Assembly: GCA_963746775.1 (NCBI GenBank)
Contig: CAVVCK010000001.1
Coordinates: 211,050-275,049, forward strand
Direction: 5' to 3'
DNA from: an uncultured bacterium
GTDB lineage: Bacteria; Patescibacteriota; JABMPQ01; CAVVCK01
DNA: 64,000 bases
In this document: positions 20,606 to 31,096 of the stretch, piece by piece
Layout: each line of letters begins with the position of its first letter
Numbering within the stretch: position 1 is the stretch's first letter
Program-made: the position numbers and the translations under genes
The notes under the pieces: model-generated
Told to the model about the DNA's origin: nothing
What the model saw: only the letters and a program-made list of their open reading frames with translations
Database searches by the model: none

Positions 20606-21589
20606 CTATTTGCTTCCTTTAAAAAACTTTTTCCCAGCTCTTTTGTAAAATTTTCTATTGAGCCTAGGAAAATCCTCTGTGCCGCTTATTTCCTGTTGAT
20701 TAGAGATAATAAAAGAATTAGGGCACATATTCACACACATCTGGCAGGCAACACAGCGTCCCTTATCAAACACTAGTTTACCGTCACCTGCCTCTACCCA
20801 TGCGTTTTGCGTACATTTTAATGCTACGCATTTTTTGCCACACTTATTGCATGGTTCTCTAAATTTTATTTTGTGCATTTCTTCTTCGGTCTTATCCAGA
20901 AAATTAATCTGGAGCCACCACCAAAAGATCATTAATAATTTTTTAGGCTTGGGTTTCTTGATCTTGATTCCATCCGAAACAATAATTCTGCAAATATCTT
21001 TAGCCATTCCTTTGACTAATTCCAGGGCACCCCTGCCTCCGCACAATGTACCACCAATAGAATTAGCAAAATTTCGAAATACTCCAAAGTCATCACCCTC
21101 TCTTTTTCTTTTCTTTATTACTACATTCAAATCTGTCCCCGGAGCAATTAACTCCACGAACCCTCCCACGAGGATGTTTTTTTCTTCCAGCAATTTAATC
21201 AGTTCCAGAGTGGCATCACCAGAAACACCACTCTTGGTCATGAAGGTGTACGCCCTCATTGGTGCATCAAATCTAGCCAGCCTAGACACGAATTCAGCCA
21301 TAGGCTTCGGTGGCATCATCCTATAAACGGGACAGCCGAATATTAGCATATTGAATTTCAATATATATTCTTGTAAATCAGAATCCGACATGTCTACAAT
21401 CAAGTTAGAATCAACCCCCACGATTTCCACCTCGAAATAGAGTCTTAGCATTCTAGCTAAGACCTCAGCTACCAGGCGAGTCCCCCCAACTCCACTGTAA
21501 TAAAAAACCACTACACTTTTTTGTTTTTCAATGTGCATGTTATCTCTTTCCTCCGGAAAATTTATTTCCGAAAATTTATTTTCAACCAT
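20606..21589 (-). CDS. Flavodoxin-like domain protein with C-terminal 4Fe-4S ferredoxin domain (EFR1-family-like)
   Basis: N-terminal flavodoxin-like fold (VVVFYYSGVGGTRLVAEVLA..), C-terminal CxxCxxCxxxCP cluster motifs (CVACQMCVNMCP, CNKCGKKC); locally elevated GC compared with neighbours. Confidence 0.55.
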   Translation of the reverse strand: MVENKFSEINFPEERDNMHIEKQKSVVVFYYSGVGGTRLVAEVLARMLRLYFEVEIVGVDSNLIVDMSDSDLQEYILKFNMLIFGCPVYRMMPPKPMAEFVSRLARFDAPMRAYTFMTKSGVSGDATLELIKLLEEKNILVGGFVELIAPGTDLNVVIKKRKREGDDFGVFRNFANSIGGTLCGGRGALELVKGMAKDICRIIVSDGIKIKKPKPKKLLMIFWWWLQINFLDKTEEEMHKIKFREPCNKCGKKCVALKCTQNAWVEAGDGKLVFDKGRCVACQMCVNMCPNSFIISNQQEISGTEDFPRLNRKFYKRAGKKFFKGSK

Positions 21590-21766
21590 ATTTAGCTATT
21601 TGTCAACCCAAAAGCAGATATTTACTCAAATGTTAATATAGATACTTACTAAAAAAACAAATATTGACAAATTTACCCTATTTGGTATTCTAGTAAGTAC
21701 TAAATAATTACCTCTAGGTAAGTTTTTTAAGTATAAATAAGTAAATTTAAATTATTAATAAATCTA

Positions 21767-21985
21767 ATGGAGTTAGCTCTAAGCATAATCCAAATTATAA
21801 GTTCAGTCATTTTAATAGTTTTGATAATGATTCAGAATAAAAGCGGCGGTCTATCTGAAGCTTTTGGAGGCGGAGGATCTGAAGTTTATCATACCAAAAA
21901 AGGTGCTGAAAAATTCATTTTTATTGGTACTATAGTTTTTTCTGTTATGTTTTTGGGTACCGCTTTGGTTAACCTCTTCTTTTAA
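21767..21985 (+). CDS. secG: Preprotein translocase subunit SecG
   Basis: 72 aa; two TM helices separated by Gly-rich loop KSGGLSEAFGGGGSEV typical of SecG. Confidence 0.6.
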   Translation: MELALSIIQIISSVILIVLIMIQNKSGGLSEAFGGGGSEVYHTKKGAEKFIFIGTIVFSVMFLGTALVNLFF

Positions 21986-21991
21986 AATTTC

Positions 21992-23848
21992 ATGTTCAAA
22001 AAAATTTTTTCAAAGAATAAATCTCAAAATATTTCAATAGAAGATCTTAGAAAAAATAAATTTTTTAGTATTTTTAAAAAAATAAATCTAAAAAAGTTTA
22101 TTAAAAAAATAAAAAATATAATTTTTATTCCTAAAGTTCTCTCTAAACCTGAGAAAATTATTATATTATTAGCTTTTATCTGTATTTTTTGTTCTACTAT
22201 TTATCTTAGCGTTACAATAATACCCAACTATATTCAGGAAAAACCAGCTTTTGGCGGGACATATACAGAGGGTGTAGTCGGTCAACCGCAGTTTATTAAT
22301 CCCATACTGGCTCCAGCCTCTGATAGTGATTCAGATATCACTCGCTTAGTATATTCAAGTTTGCTTACTTATAATGAAAATCAAGAGTTAGTCCTAGATT
22401 TAGCTGAAAATTACGAAATTTCCGAAGATCAAAAGAATTATACTTTTTATCTAAAAAAGGGTGTTAAATGGCATGATGGTGAGGAAGTAACCGCCGATGA
22501 TATAGTTTTCACAATACAGACCATTAAAAATCCAGAATACCAAAGCCCTTTGCGAACGAGTTTTTCTGGCGTAGCTATTGAAAAAATAGATGATTATGCT
22601 ATTAAGTTTACCTTAACTGGTGATGCCTTTTCTCCTTTTCTGAAAGAAAATACCACTTTTGGTATTCTACCTAAACATATTTGGCAAGATATTTCTCCTA
22701 AAAATGTAACTTTATCTGAATACAATTTAGAACCAGTCGGATCAGGTCCGTATAGTTTTAAAGAATACAAAAAAGATAAAAAAACAAGCTTTATAAATTC
22801 TTATACCCTAACTGCTTTCGAAGACTATTTTGACAAAAAACCATATATAGAAGAAATTGTTTTTAGATTTTATGATGAATACGAACCTCTTATAACTGCT
22901 TATAATAAACATGAAGTTGAAGGAATAAATTTTCTACCTGTAGATGAAAAAGAAAATTTAAAAAAAGATATTAATGAATACACCTTAAATCTTCCCAGAT
23001 ATTACGCTGTCTTTTTCAATGAAGCTAAAAATAATATTCTAGCTAATACAAAAGTAAGACAAGCTATAGCCTACGGCGTAGACAGACAAAAAATAATAGA
23101 TGAGGTTTTAATGGGACAAGCAAATTTAGTGGATTCTCCTATATTACCTGGATTTTTAGGATACAATCCAGAGGTAAAAAAATATGAATATGATCCAGAA
23201 AAAGCTAAAACAATTTTAGAAGAAGAAGGTTGGAAAATGGAAGATCAGTCAGTAGAAGATACCGAAGACAAAGCAACCGAAGAAAATGCTGTTGAGCTGG
23301 GAAATTATAGGCATAAAGATAATACTGAGTTAAATATTACCCTAACCTATGCCATGCAACCAGAATTTTCTCAAATATTTCAAATTATATCTGACAATTT
23401 AAAAGAAATTGGTATTAATGTTATTCCACAAGAAATAGATTCTACTAACTTACAATCAGAGTATATCAGGACGAGAAGTTACGAAGCCTTAATATACGGT
23501 CAGCTTATTTCACATGATCCTGACCCTTACGCTTTTTGGCATTCCAGCCAAAGAGAAGATCCTGGCTTAAATTTAACTTCTTTTAAAAATAAATCTGTAG
23601 ATAATTTATTAGAAGAAGCCAGAAAAACTTCTAATGAAGAGGATAGAATTACAAAATATTTGAACTTTCAAAATATTGTAGCCGAAGAAGAACCTGCTTT
23701 ATTTTTATATTCCCCTACTTATTTGTATGGAGTGAATAAAGAAATAAAAGGAATTACTTTAGAATATATTTCAATACCCAGCGATCGATTTGCTAATATA
23801 AACAATTGGTATATCAAAACTAACAGGTATTGGAAAAAATCAAATTAG
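21992..23848 (+). CDS. ABC transporter substrate-binding protein, family 5 (oligopeptide/nickel type), membrane-anchored
   Basis: 618 aa; N-terminal TM anchor, SBP_bac_5-like core (..GGTYTEGVVGQPQFINPILA..). Confidence 0.7.
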   Translation: MFKKIFSKNKSQNISIEDLRKNKFFSIFKKINLKKFIKKIKNIIFIPKVLSKPEKIIILLAFICIFCSTIYLSVTIIPNYIQEKPAFGGTYTEGVVGQPQFINPILAPASDSDSDITRLVYSSLLTYNENQELVLDLAENYEISEDQKNYTFYLKKGVKWHDGEEVTADDIVFTIQTIKNPEYQSPLRTSFSGVAIEKIDDYAIKFTLTGDAFSPFLKENTTFGILPKHIWQDISPKNVTLSEYNLEPVGSGPYSFKEYKKDKKTSFINSYTLTAFEDYFDKKPYIEEIVFRFYDEYEPLITAYNKHEVEGINFLPVDEKENLKKDINEYTLNLPRYYAVFFNEAKNNILANTKVRQAIAYGVDRQKIIDEVLMGQANLVDSPILPGFLGYNPEVKKYEYDPEKAKTILEEEGWKMEDQSVEDTEDKATEENAVELGNYRHKDNTELNITLTYAMQPEFSQIFQIISDNLKEIGINVIPQEIDSTNLQSEYIRTRSYEALIYGQLISHDPDPYAFWHSSQREDPGLNLTSFKNKSVDNLLEEARKTSNEEDRITKYLNFQNIVAEEEPALFLYSPTYLYGVNKEIKGITLEYISIPSDRFANINNWYIKTNRYWKKSN

Positions 23849-23865
23849 TTTATATATTTAATCTT

Positions 23866-23938
23866 TTTTACCACGTACAAAATTTTGTGGATTATATTAA
23901 ATTTTATAAATATTCTTGAAATTTCGTACGTGGTTTAC
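23866..23938. repeat. Inverted-repeat motif pair (site 3): TTTTACCACGTACAAAATT ... TTTCGTACGTGGTTTAC flanking a roughly 37-bp spacer
   Basis: Seen in sequence; right arm exactly fills the 17-nt spacer of a TTGAAA-N17-TATATT promoter-like element (23916-23944). Confidence 0.6.
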
Positions 23939-23944
23939 TATATT
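23916..23944 (+). promoter_or_regulatory. Sigma70-like promoter TTGAAA-N17-TATATT upstream of rnj, spacer occupied by the TTTCGTACGTGGTTTAC motif
   Basis: Seen in sequence; roughly 310 nt upstream of rnj start, implying a long leader. Confidence 0.35.
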
Positions 23945-24107
23945 CTCTAAAAAATAAAATCTTATTAAAATAAATTTATTTGTACTCATTAAACTTATTT
24001 TATTTAGCAAATAAATACTTTTTCATATTTATTAAATCTCGCTCAGTATAAAATACGAGCAAAACGTATATACAAACGTAATCACGTTATAATATAAATT
24101 ACAAATT

Positions 24108-24149
24108 ATTATCCGCAATATCCGCTATAATTCACTTATCCGCAATATT
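24108..24149. repeat. Cluster of three TTATCCGC(A/T)AT repeats (GCGGATA on the opposite strand), DnaA-box-like (TTATCCACA) with a G at position 7
   Basis: Seen in sequence: TTATCCGCAATAT, ATCCGCTATAAT, TTATCCGCAATAT; 110-150 nt upstream of rnj. Confidence 0.5.
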
Positions 24150-24256
24150 ACAATAAGCGAATTTGGCAAATTCATAAAGATAAACGGAAAAATATATAAG
24201 AAATTTCGTAATTCGCATTAATATACACTCAATTTAATTTTTTAACAATTTATCAA

Positions 24257-25939
24257 ATGATTATCAAAAAAGAAAAATCAAAACTAAAAATCATACCTTT
24301 AGGAGGATTAGAAGAAATCGGCCGCAATATGATGTTAATTGAATATGAGCGAGACATTATCATTATTGATGCTGGACTTCAATTTCCCGAAGAAGATATG
24401 CCTGGAGTAGATTATATTATTCCCAATATTTCTTACTTGCAAGGTAAAGAAAACTTCATTAGAGGAGTTATTATTACCCATGGTCATTTCGATCATATCG
24501 GTGCTATTCCGCACATAATGAAAAGAATTGGCAACCCTACTATTTTTACAGCCAAATTAACTCGTGCTATTATTGAAAAAAGGCAAGCAGAATATGAGAC
24601 CAAGGAAAAACTAAACATTTACACAGTTGATTCATCTGATGTCTTGCAGCTGGGTATTTTTAAAGTAGAATTTTTTCGGGTAAATCACACTATCCCTGAT
24701 GGTATCGGCATAGCTATCCATACTCCCCATGGCACAATTGTTCATACTGGAGATTTCAAATTCGATCCTACACCTATTGGCGATAAGCCAGCCGATATGG
24801 CTAAAATAGCAAGGCTTGGCGGTCAAAAAGTTTTAGCTCTATGTTCAGATAGTACTGGTGCAGACAAACCAGGTCATTCTATTTCAGAAAAAACAATTAA
24901 AAAAAATTTAGAAGATGCTTTTAAACAAGCTGAAGGTCGAGTTATAATATCTACCTTTTCTTCTCTGATTACTAGAATTCAACAAGTATTTTCTATAGCA
25001 GAAGAAACCGGACGCAAAATTGCCATTGATGGCTTTAGTATGAAAACCAATGTAGAAATTGCTCAGAAATTAGGTTATCTGAAAGTAAAAAAGGGATTAT
25101 TAATCAGTACTAAAGAAATAAAAAATGTTCCAGACAATAAGGTCATAATTCTTTGCACTGGAGCTCAGGGTGAAGAAAGGGCAGTCCTAATGAGAATTGC
25201 TAATGGTGAACATAGAGACTTAGAAATAGAACCCGGCGATACTGTTATGTTTTCCTCTTCGGTAGTACCTGGCAATGAACGAACCGTACAAAGACTCAAA
25301 GATACTATAACTAGGCGAGGCGCTAAAATATTTCATTACCAAATGATGGATATACACGCTGGCGGACATGGTTATGAAGAGGATCTGAAAACCATGATAG
25401 ATTTAGCTAAACCAAAATATTTTATTCCCGTTCATGGCAATCGTTACATGTTAAAAATCCATGGTGATATTGCTCAAAGTGTCGGTATCCCAGAAAAAAA
25501 TATTTTTATAGCTGACAACGGTCAAATTATGGAATTTGATGAAAACAAAGGAGAACTTACTAAAAGAAAGGTTCCTGCTGATCATGTAATGGTAGATGGT
25601 CTGGGCGTAGGTGATGTTAGTAATATAGTTTTACGCGACAGAAAAATGTTGGCCGGAGACGGCATGTTCGTTGTCATTGTTACTATTGATGGCAAAACAG
25701 GTCAGTTGATCCAAAATCCTGATTTAATATCTAGAGGCTTTATTTATATGAAAGAACAAAAAGGATTAGTTGAACAAACAAGAAAAAAAGTAAGACAAAT
25801 AATAGAGAGACAGGATTCTAAATCTATAGCTAATAACTATGTTTATATAAAAAATAAACTAAGAGACGAAATAGGACAATACCTATACAAAAGAACTGAG
25901 AGAAGACCAATGATTTTACCAGTTGTGATTGAAGTATAA
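24257..25939 (+). CDS. rnj: Ribonuclease J (beta-CASP metallo-beta-lactamase RNase)
   Basis: 560 aa; N-terminus IIPLGGLEEIGRNMMLIEYERDIIIIDAG, metal-binding HGHFDHIG motif, beta-CASP and C-terminal domain. Confidence 0.85.
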   Translation: MIIKKEKSKLKIIPLGGLEEIGRNMMLIEYERDIIIIDAGLQFPEEDMPGVDYIIPNISYLQGKENFIRGVIITHGHFDHIGAIPHIMKRIGNPTIFTAKLTRAIIEKRQAEYETKEKLNIYTVDSSDVLQLGIFKVEFFRVNHTIPDGIGIAIHTPHGTIVHTGDFKFDPTPIGDKPADMAKIARLGGQKVLALCSDSTGADKPGHSISEKTIKKNLEDAFKQAEGRVIISTFSSLITRIQQVFSIAEETGRKIAIDGFSMKTNVEIAQKLGYLKVKKGLLISTKEIKNVPDNKVIILCTGAQGEERAVLMRIANGEHRDLEIEPGDTVMFSSSVVPGNERTVQRLKDTITRRGAKIFHYQMMDIHAGGHGYEEDLKTMIDLAKPKYFIPVHGNRYMLKIHGDIAQSVGIPEKNIFIADNGQIMEFDENKGELTKRKVPADHVMVDGLGVGDVSNIVLRDRKMLAGDGMFVVIVTIDGKTGQLIQNPDLISRGFIYMKEQKGLVEQTRKKVRQIIERQDSKSIANNYVYIKNKLRDEIGQYLYKRTERRPMILPVVIEV

Positions 25940-25975
25940 ATAGTAGATGGTAGCTGGTACTTTGTATTTAGTATT

Positions 25976-26347
25976 ATGAATAAAAATAAAATAGAATCCT
26001 TTACTGATTTATATGCCTGTAAAGTAGAACATGAATTGGTTATGTTAATATATAAAGAAACAGAAAATTTTCCTAAAAAAGAAACATTTTATTTAGTCAG
26101 TCAAATGAGACGTGCCATAATTTCTATTACATCAAATATAGCTGAAGGTTTTAGCCATAATTCGCCTAAAGAAAAATTTCAATTTTATAATATAACTCAA
26201 GAATCAACCACAGAACTGCAAAATCAAATTTTAATAGCTCGGGATGTAGATTATATTAATAGAAATGTATTTAATAATATTGCTCAACAAACAATAACAG
26301 TTGCAAAATTATTATATGGTTTAAAAAAAATAAAATCTAAACATTAA
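25976..26347 (+). CDS. Four-helix-bundle protein (23S rRNA intervening-sequence protein family)
   Basis: 123 aa; pattern ..YKETENFPKKETFYLVSQMRRAIISITSNIAEGFS.. typical of TIGR02436-like four-helix-bundle proteins. Confidence 0.65.
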   Translation: MNKNKIESFTDLYACKVEHELVMLIYKETENFPKKETFYLVSQMRRAIISITSNIAEGFSHNSPKEKFQFYNITQESTTELQNQILIARDVDYINRNVFNNIAQQTITVAKLLYGLKKIKSKH

Positions 26348-26411
26348 CTACTCTACATTACAAAATACTATATACTATATACTAAATATTAAATACTAAC
26401 TCCTAAATACT

Positions 26412-27383
26412 ATGTCAAAAATATTTTCCGGCATTAGACCTTCAGGTAAACTCCATCTAGGCAACTACTTAGGTGCTATAAAAAACTGGATAGAATTGCA
26501 AGACAAACATAAATGCATTTATGGAATAGTTGATTTACATGCTATTACAACTCCTTTTGAACCTAATAGTTTAAAGCAAAATATAAAAGATACTATTTTA
26601 GATTATTTAGCCCTGGGTCTTGATCCTAAAAAAAGCACATTTATGTTACAATCTATGGTTCCAGAACATTTAGAGCTTGCTTGGTACTTTGGATCATTAG
26701 TTAAATTAACAGAACTAAATAGGATTCCTACTTTTAAAGAAAAAATCAAAGAACATCCTAAAGATATAACTTCTGATTTATTAAATTATCCTATACTAAT
26801 GGCAGCGGATATTTTAATATATAAAGCTGATTTAGTGCCTGTAGGAGAAGACCAAGTACCTCATATTGAATTTGCTAACGACATCGGACAAAGGTTTAAT
26901 AAAAAATTTGATTATACTTTTCCAAAAGTTAAACCGCTACTGACTGAAGGAGCACGCATAATGTCACTCAAAGACCCTTCCAAAAAAATGAGTAAAACTG
27001 GAGATGAAGGAATAGCACTAAATGATTCAGAAGAAGATATAAATAAAAAAATTACTAAAGCTGTAACAGACACAGGAACTGATATTATTTATGATAAACA
27101 AAAAAAGCCAGCTATTTCAAATTTACTGACTATTTATAACTTATTATCAAATAATTCAATCAAAGAATTAGAAGAAAAATATAAAGGAAAAGGTTACGCT
27201 GATCTTAAAAAAGATTTGGTTCAGGTTATAATTAATTTTCTTAAGCCATTTCAAAAAAGAAGGAAGGAATTAGAAAGTAAACCAAATTATGTAGAGAAGG
27301 TTATTCAAGAAGGAAGTGAAAAAGCGAGAATTGAAGCGAAAAAGAATATTTTAGAAATTAAGGAAAAAATAGGATTAAAATAA
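26412..27383 (+). CDS. trpS: Tryptophan--tRNA ligase
   Basis: 323 aa; class I HIGH-like (LHLGNYLGAI) and KMSKT motifs. Confidence 0.9.
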   Translation: MSKIFSGIRPSGKLHLGNYLGAIKNWIELQDKHKCIYGIVDLHAITTPFEPNSLKQNIKDTILDYLALGLDPKKSTFMLQSMVPEHLELAWYFGSLVKLTELNRIPTFKEKIKEHPKDITSDLLNYPILMAADILIYKADLVPVGEDQVPHIEFANDIGQRFNKKFDYTFPKVKPLLTEGARIMSLKDPSKKMSKTGDEGIALNDSEEDINKKITKAVTDTGTDIIYDKQKKPAISNLLTIYNLLSNNSIKELEEKYKGKGYADLKKDLVQVIINFLKPFQKRRKELESKPNYVEKVIQEGSEKARIEAKKNILEIKEKIGLK

Positions 27384-27395
27384 AAATATTTAAAA

Positions 27396-27430
27396 AAAGA
27401 CTGCTTTAAAAAACAGTCTTTTTTTATTTT
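27396..27430 (+). terminator. Rho-independent terminator AAGACTGCTTT-AAAAA-ACAGTCTT + T-run after trpS
   Basis: Seen in sequence. Confidence 0.6.
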
Positions 27431-27481
27431 AAATTATTTTTAAAAATAATTTAATAATCTTTTCTACACTTGAAAAATATA

Positions 27482-28777
27482 TTAAGAACAACTTCCGACA
27501 GCATCTATCGTCTTCCAGGAAGCACTATTACAATAACATGGTTTATCTGCACTAATATCATAATAGATAGCACCCTTATTTGTTCCATCACATGTGCCAG
27601 GATCATCAGTAATATTCAGTTTCAATAACCCGTCACTGATTTCTACATTACCATTAAATCCACCCGCTACTGTTGCTGATCCTGCAGCTATTCCATACAC
27701 ACCAACTCCAAACGTTCCCGTAGCTTCTCCATAAACACCAACACTCCCACTATCTGAACCGTTTGATATAAATCTTCCCCCAACACCTTGGCCAGATATA
27801 CCGCTAGCCCTACCATAAACTCCAACACCAGCCGTATTCGAATCTGTTTTAAAATATCCTCCATAATTAACTCCTGAGGTACTATTAGCATAACCATAAA
27901 TTGCTTTTACTCCACTACCTGAATTAGTAGCTGAAATCAAACTAGTAGGCGAACCGCTCACCGTAATACCAGTACTAGTTCCAGAGCTTACTGTTAGAGT
28001 ATTATTAATAGTCAATGACCCCGTCATTGTCTCATTCGTATCATCATTTAAAAACCGTGAATCATAAGCAGAACCTGATTGATAAGTTGATGTCAAATCA
28101 GCACCTGCTATTGTTCCGTTTAAAATTTTAGCCGTTGTTATAGTATTATCAGCTATATCAGCCGTAGTTATAGTTCCATCAGTGATCATACTAGATGTGA
28201 CACCAGAAACACTAAGAATCACAGCACCTGATGTTCCACCACCACTAAGTCCTGATCCTGCAGTAATTTCTGTAATTTCACTACTAGATCCAGAGCTACC
28301 ATCTATCCACTCTAGTGCTCCACTCGAATTAAGTGATAATATTTGCCCTGATGATCCAGTATTAGATGTAGTTAGTTGACTTACTCCTATCAAATCTGAT
28401 CCTTGAATGGTACCTAATATTTCTAGGTTATCATTGATAACAAAAGGAGTATTCCCGTTAGCTTCTGGGCCAGAAGTTGCTCCACGCCAAACTTGGCCAT
28501 CTATTCTAACATCATCACCAAAGGTTACAGGTATTTCTGCTCCTGTGTCTACATTGGTAGTTTCATTGATAATCGTTCCATTAAAATAAGTAACGCCACC
28601 ATGTCCTTGGGTTCCGACTCGAAGAGAATAAACTCTGGCAGTACCTAAAACTTGTAATTCTTGATCAATAACTTGCGTATTCGCTGGTTGTATTTGATTA
28701 GTTACTGACGCAGACACAGAATTAGTAAAAATAAATACAAAAAAAGCGATTGCAATAGAAATTAAAATATTTTTCAT
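27482..28777 (-). CDS. Secreted tail-fibre-like protein (paralog 2) with Cys-containing C-terminal domain
   Basis: Signal peptide MKNILISIAIAFFVFIFTNSVSA; shares N-terminal module (VGTQGHGGVTYFNGTIINETTNVDTGAEIPVTFGDDVRIDG) with 1938..3674 and 45336..46382; ITTADIADNTITTAKILNGTIAGADL repeats; C-terminus has 5 Cys (..PGTCDGTNKGAIYYDISADKPCYCNSASWKTIDAVGSCS). Confidence 0.55.
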   Translation of the reverse strand: MKNILISIAIAFFVFIFTNSVSASVTNQIQPANTQVIDQELQVLGTARVYSLRVGTQGHGGVTYFNGTIINETTNVDTGAEIPVTFGDDVRIDGQVWRGATSGPEANGNTPFVINDNLEILGTIQGSDLIGVSQLTTSNTGSSGQILSLNSSGALEWIDGSSGSSSEITEITAGSGLSGGGTSGAVILSVSGVTSSMITDGTITTADIADNTITTAKILNGTIAGADLTSTYQSGSAYDSRFLNDDTNETMTGSLTINNTLTVSSGTSTGITVSGSPTSLISATNSGSGVKAIYGYANSTSGVNYGGYFKTDSNTAGVGVYGRASGISGQGVGGRFISNGSDSGSVGVYGEATGTFGVGVYGIAAGSATVAGGFNGNVEISDGLLKLNITDDPGTCDGTNKGAIYYDISADKPCYCNSASWKTIDAVGSCS

Positions 28778-28870
28778 TTGTTTTATTATTATCTATACCA
28801 TAACACAAAAATAAAAAAATAAGAATATCATTTCTTATTTTTTTTTATTAATTTAAGCTAAAATTATACC

Positions 28871-30292
28871 TTAATCAAGCACTTCAGTATTTACTCCTTC
28901 TGAAAAATCTATTTCACTATATTTTTGTAATATTTTTTTTATTTGTTTCTTTAAAATATCATATTTCTGTTTTTCCCTAGCTTCAAACTTTACAGTTAAA
29001 TAAGGTCCATTCTGAGAAGCTCTGATAACAAACATTTCATTATCAGTATCCATACGAATTCCATCAATCTCTATATAATCTGCCTTAGGATATAATTTTT
29101 TAATATCTTTACCTATTTTATCACTAATTAATTTAAATTTTATATTATCAGGACAGCCAACTTTTATCTCCGGACTAGAAATATACTGGGGCAGTTTCTG
29201 AATTGCCTCACCTAAAGATTGTCTGGTCCTAGTTAAATAAGATAAAAGTCTTAGGGTTGCCATAGCGCCATCATCATGACCATAAAAATTATCCACAAAG
29301 AAAAAATGACCAGATAACTCTCCGCCAAAGATAGCTCCACTAGAACTTACTTTTGCTTTTATGAAAGAATGACCAGTTTTCCACATAATAGGCACTCCGC
29401 CAGATTTTTTTATTACTTCATCTACTTGTTTTGAACATAAAACATTATAAACTATTTTTCCTCCCGGAAGGAAATCCAAAACATCTTTAGAAAATAACGA
29501 TACCAGAGCATCATTCCAAATCATATTGCCTTTTTCATCAACTATTCCTAATCTATCACCATCAGTATCATAAGAAAATCCCATATCAGCTTTTTCTTTT
29601 ATTACTCTCTCAGCTAATCGCTTTTGTACTTTCTCTTCTGTTGGATCAGCTACGCCAACCGGAAAAGTTGGATCAGGCTTAGTATTCTGCTCGATTACTT
29701 CCAGGCCAGCTTTTCTTAAAATTTTCGGCATAAATAATCCTGGTGTGGCTGCACAAGCATCAACTACTACTTTAAAATTTTTAATTTTATCTACCCTTTT
29801 TAAAATATCTGCTTCATAAATACTGAATATATCTTTTTTTATATGTTTTCCTACTACCTCTTTCGTTCTAAATTTACCTGAATTAACCAATTCTCTAAAA
29901 TCAATAATTTCTTCCTGCACCATTGTCTCAGAATATCCCGTGCCAAATTTAAATCCATTATACTCTCGGGGATTATGAGAAGCTGTAATCATAATTGCCC
30001 CCTTTGTCCTGAAATAATAAGGTGCAAAATAAACAATTTGAGACAAAGTCATCCCAATATCATAGACTGTAATACCTGATTCCGTTAATCCTTTTATTAA
30101 GGCTTCACAAAAAATAGGACTCGACTCTCTTGAATCATAGCCCACTATACATTCATAAATTCTTCTATTTAGAAGCCAGGTGGCATAAGCTTTTCCTAAA
30201 ATCTCTACCTTTTCTTTATCTAAATCCTTACCCACTACACCACGTAAATCATAGCCTCTAAATATTTCTTTGTTTATTTTTATATTTTTCAT
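28871..30292 (-). CDS. Phosphoglucomutase/phosphomannomutase
   Basis: 473 aa; active-site TASHNP motif (IMITASHNPREYNGFKF), metal-binding DTDGDR motif. Confidence 0.8.
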   Translation of the reverse strand: MKNIKINKEIFRGYDLRGVVGKDLDKEKVEILGKAYATWLLNRRIYECIVGYDSRESSPIFCEALIKGLTESGITVYDIGMTLSQIVYFAPYYFRTKGAIMITASHNPREYNGFKFGTGYSETMVQEEIIDFRELVNSGKFRTKEVVGKHIKKDIFSIYEADILKRVDKIKNFKVVVDACAATPGLFMPKILRKAGLEVIEQNTKPDPTFPVGVADPTEEKVQKRLAERVIKEKADMGFSYDTDGDRLGIVDEKGNMIWNDALVSLFSKDVLDFLPGGKIVYNVLCSKQVDEVIKKSGGVPIMWKTGHSFIKAKVSSSGAIFGGELSGHFFFVDNFYGHDDGAMATLRLLSYLTRTRQSLGEAIQKLPQYISSPEIKVGCPDNIKFKLISDKIGKDIKKLYPKADYIEIDGIRMDTDNEMFVIRASQNGPYLTVKFEAREKQKYDILKKQIKKILQKYSEIDFSEGVNTEVLD

Positions 30293-30307
30293 GGAAAAAT
30301 TAAAAAG

Positions 30308-30526
30308 CTATCTTTCAGCACAAGGTAACAATGCCAAAAATCTTGCTCTCTTAACTGCTCTAGTTACCATTCTTTGATGTTTTGAACAATTTCCACTTCT
30401 CTTGCCAGTCACAAGTTTACCATAAGTAGATACAAATCTTCTTAGAAGAGTAACATCCTTATAATCAACTTGTTTGATTTGTTCAGCACAAAGCTCACAT
30501 CTTTTCTTAATTATTTCATTAGCCAT
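30308..30526 (-). CDS. rpsR: 30S ribosomal protein S18
   Basis: 72 aa; conserved ..YKDVTLLRRFVSTYGKLVTGKRSGNCSKHQRMVTRAVKRARFLALLP.. Confidence 0.9.
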   Translation of the reverse strand: MANEIIKKRCELCAEQIKQVDYKDVTLLRRFVSTYGKLVTGKRSGNCSKHQRMVTRAVKRARFLALLPCAER

Positions 30527-30544
30527 ATAAATTTATATTATATA

Positions 30545-31075
<531 letters not shown>

Positions 31076-31096
31076 TTAATAATATTTTAAATTTTA

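Noticed and set aside
26348-26411. T-box leader upstream of trpS
   Set aside because: Only 64 bp separate the upstream gene from trpS, far too short for a T-box. The sequence is a low-complexity ATACT repeat.
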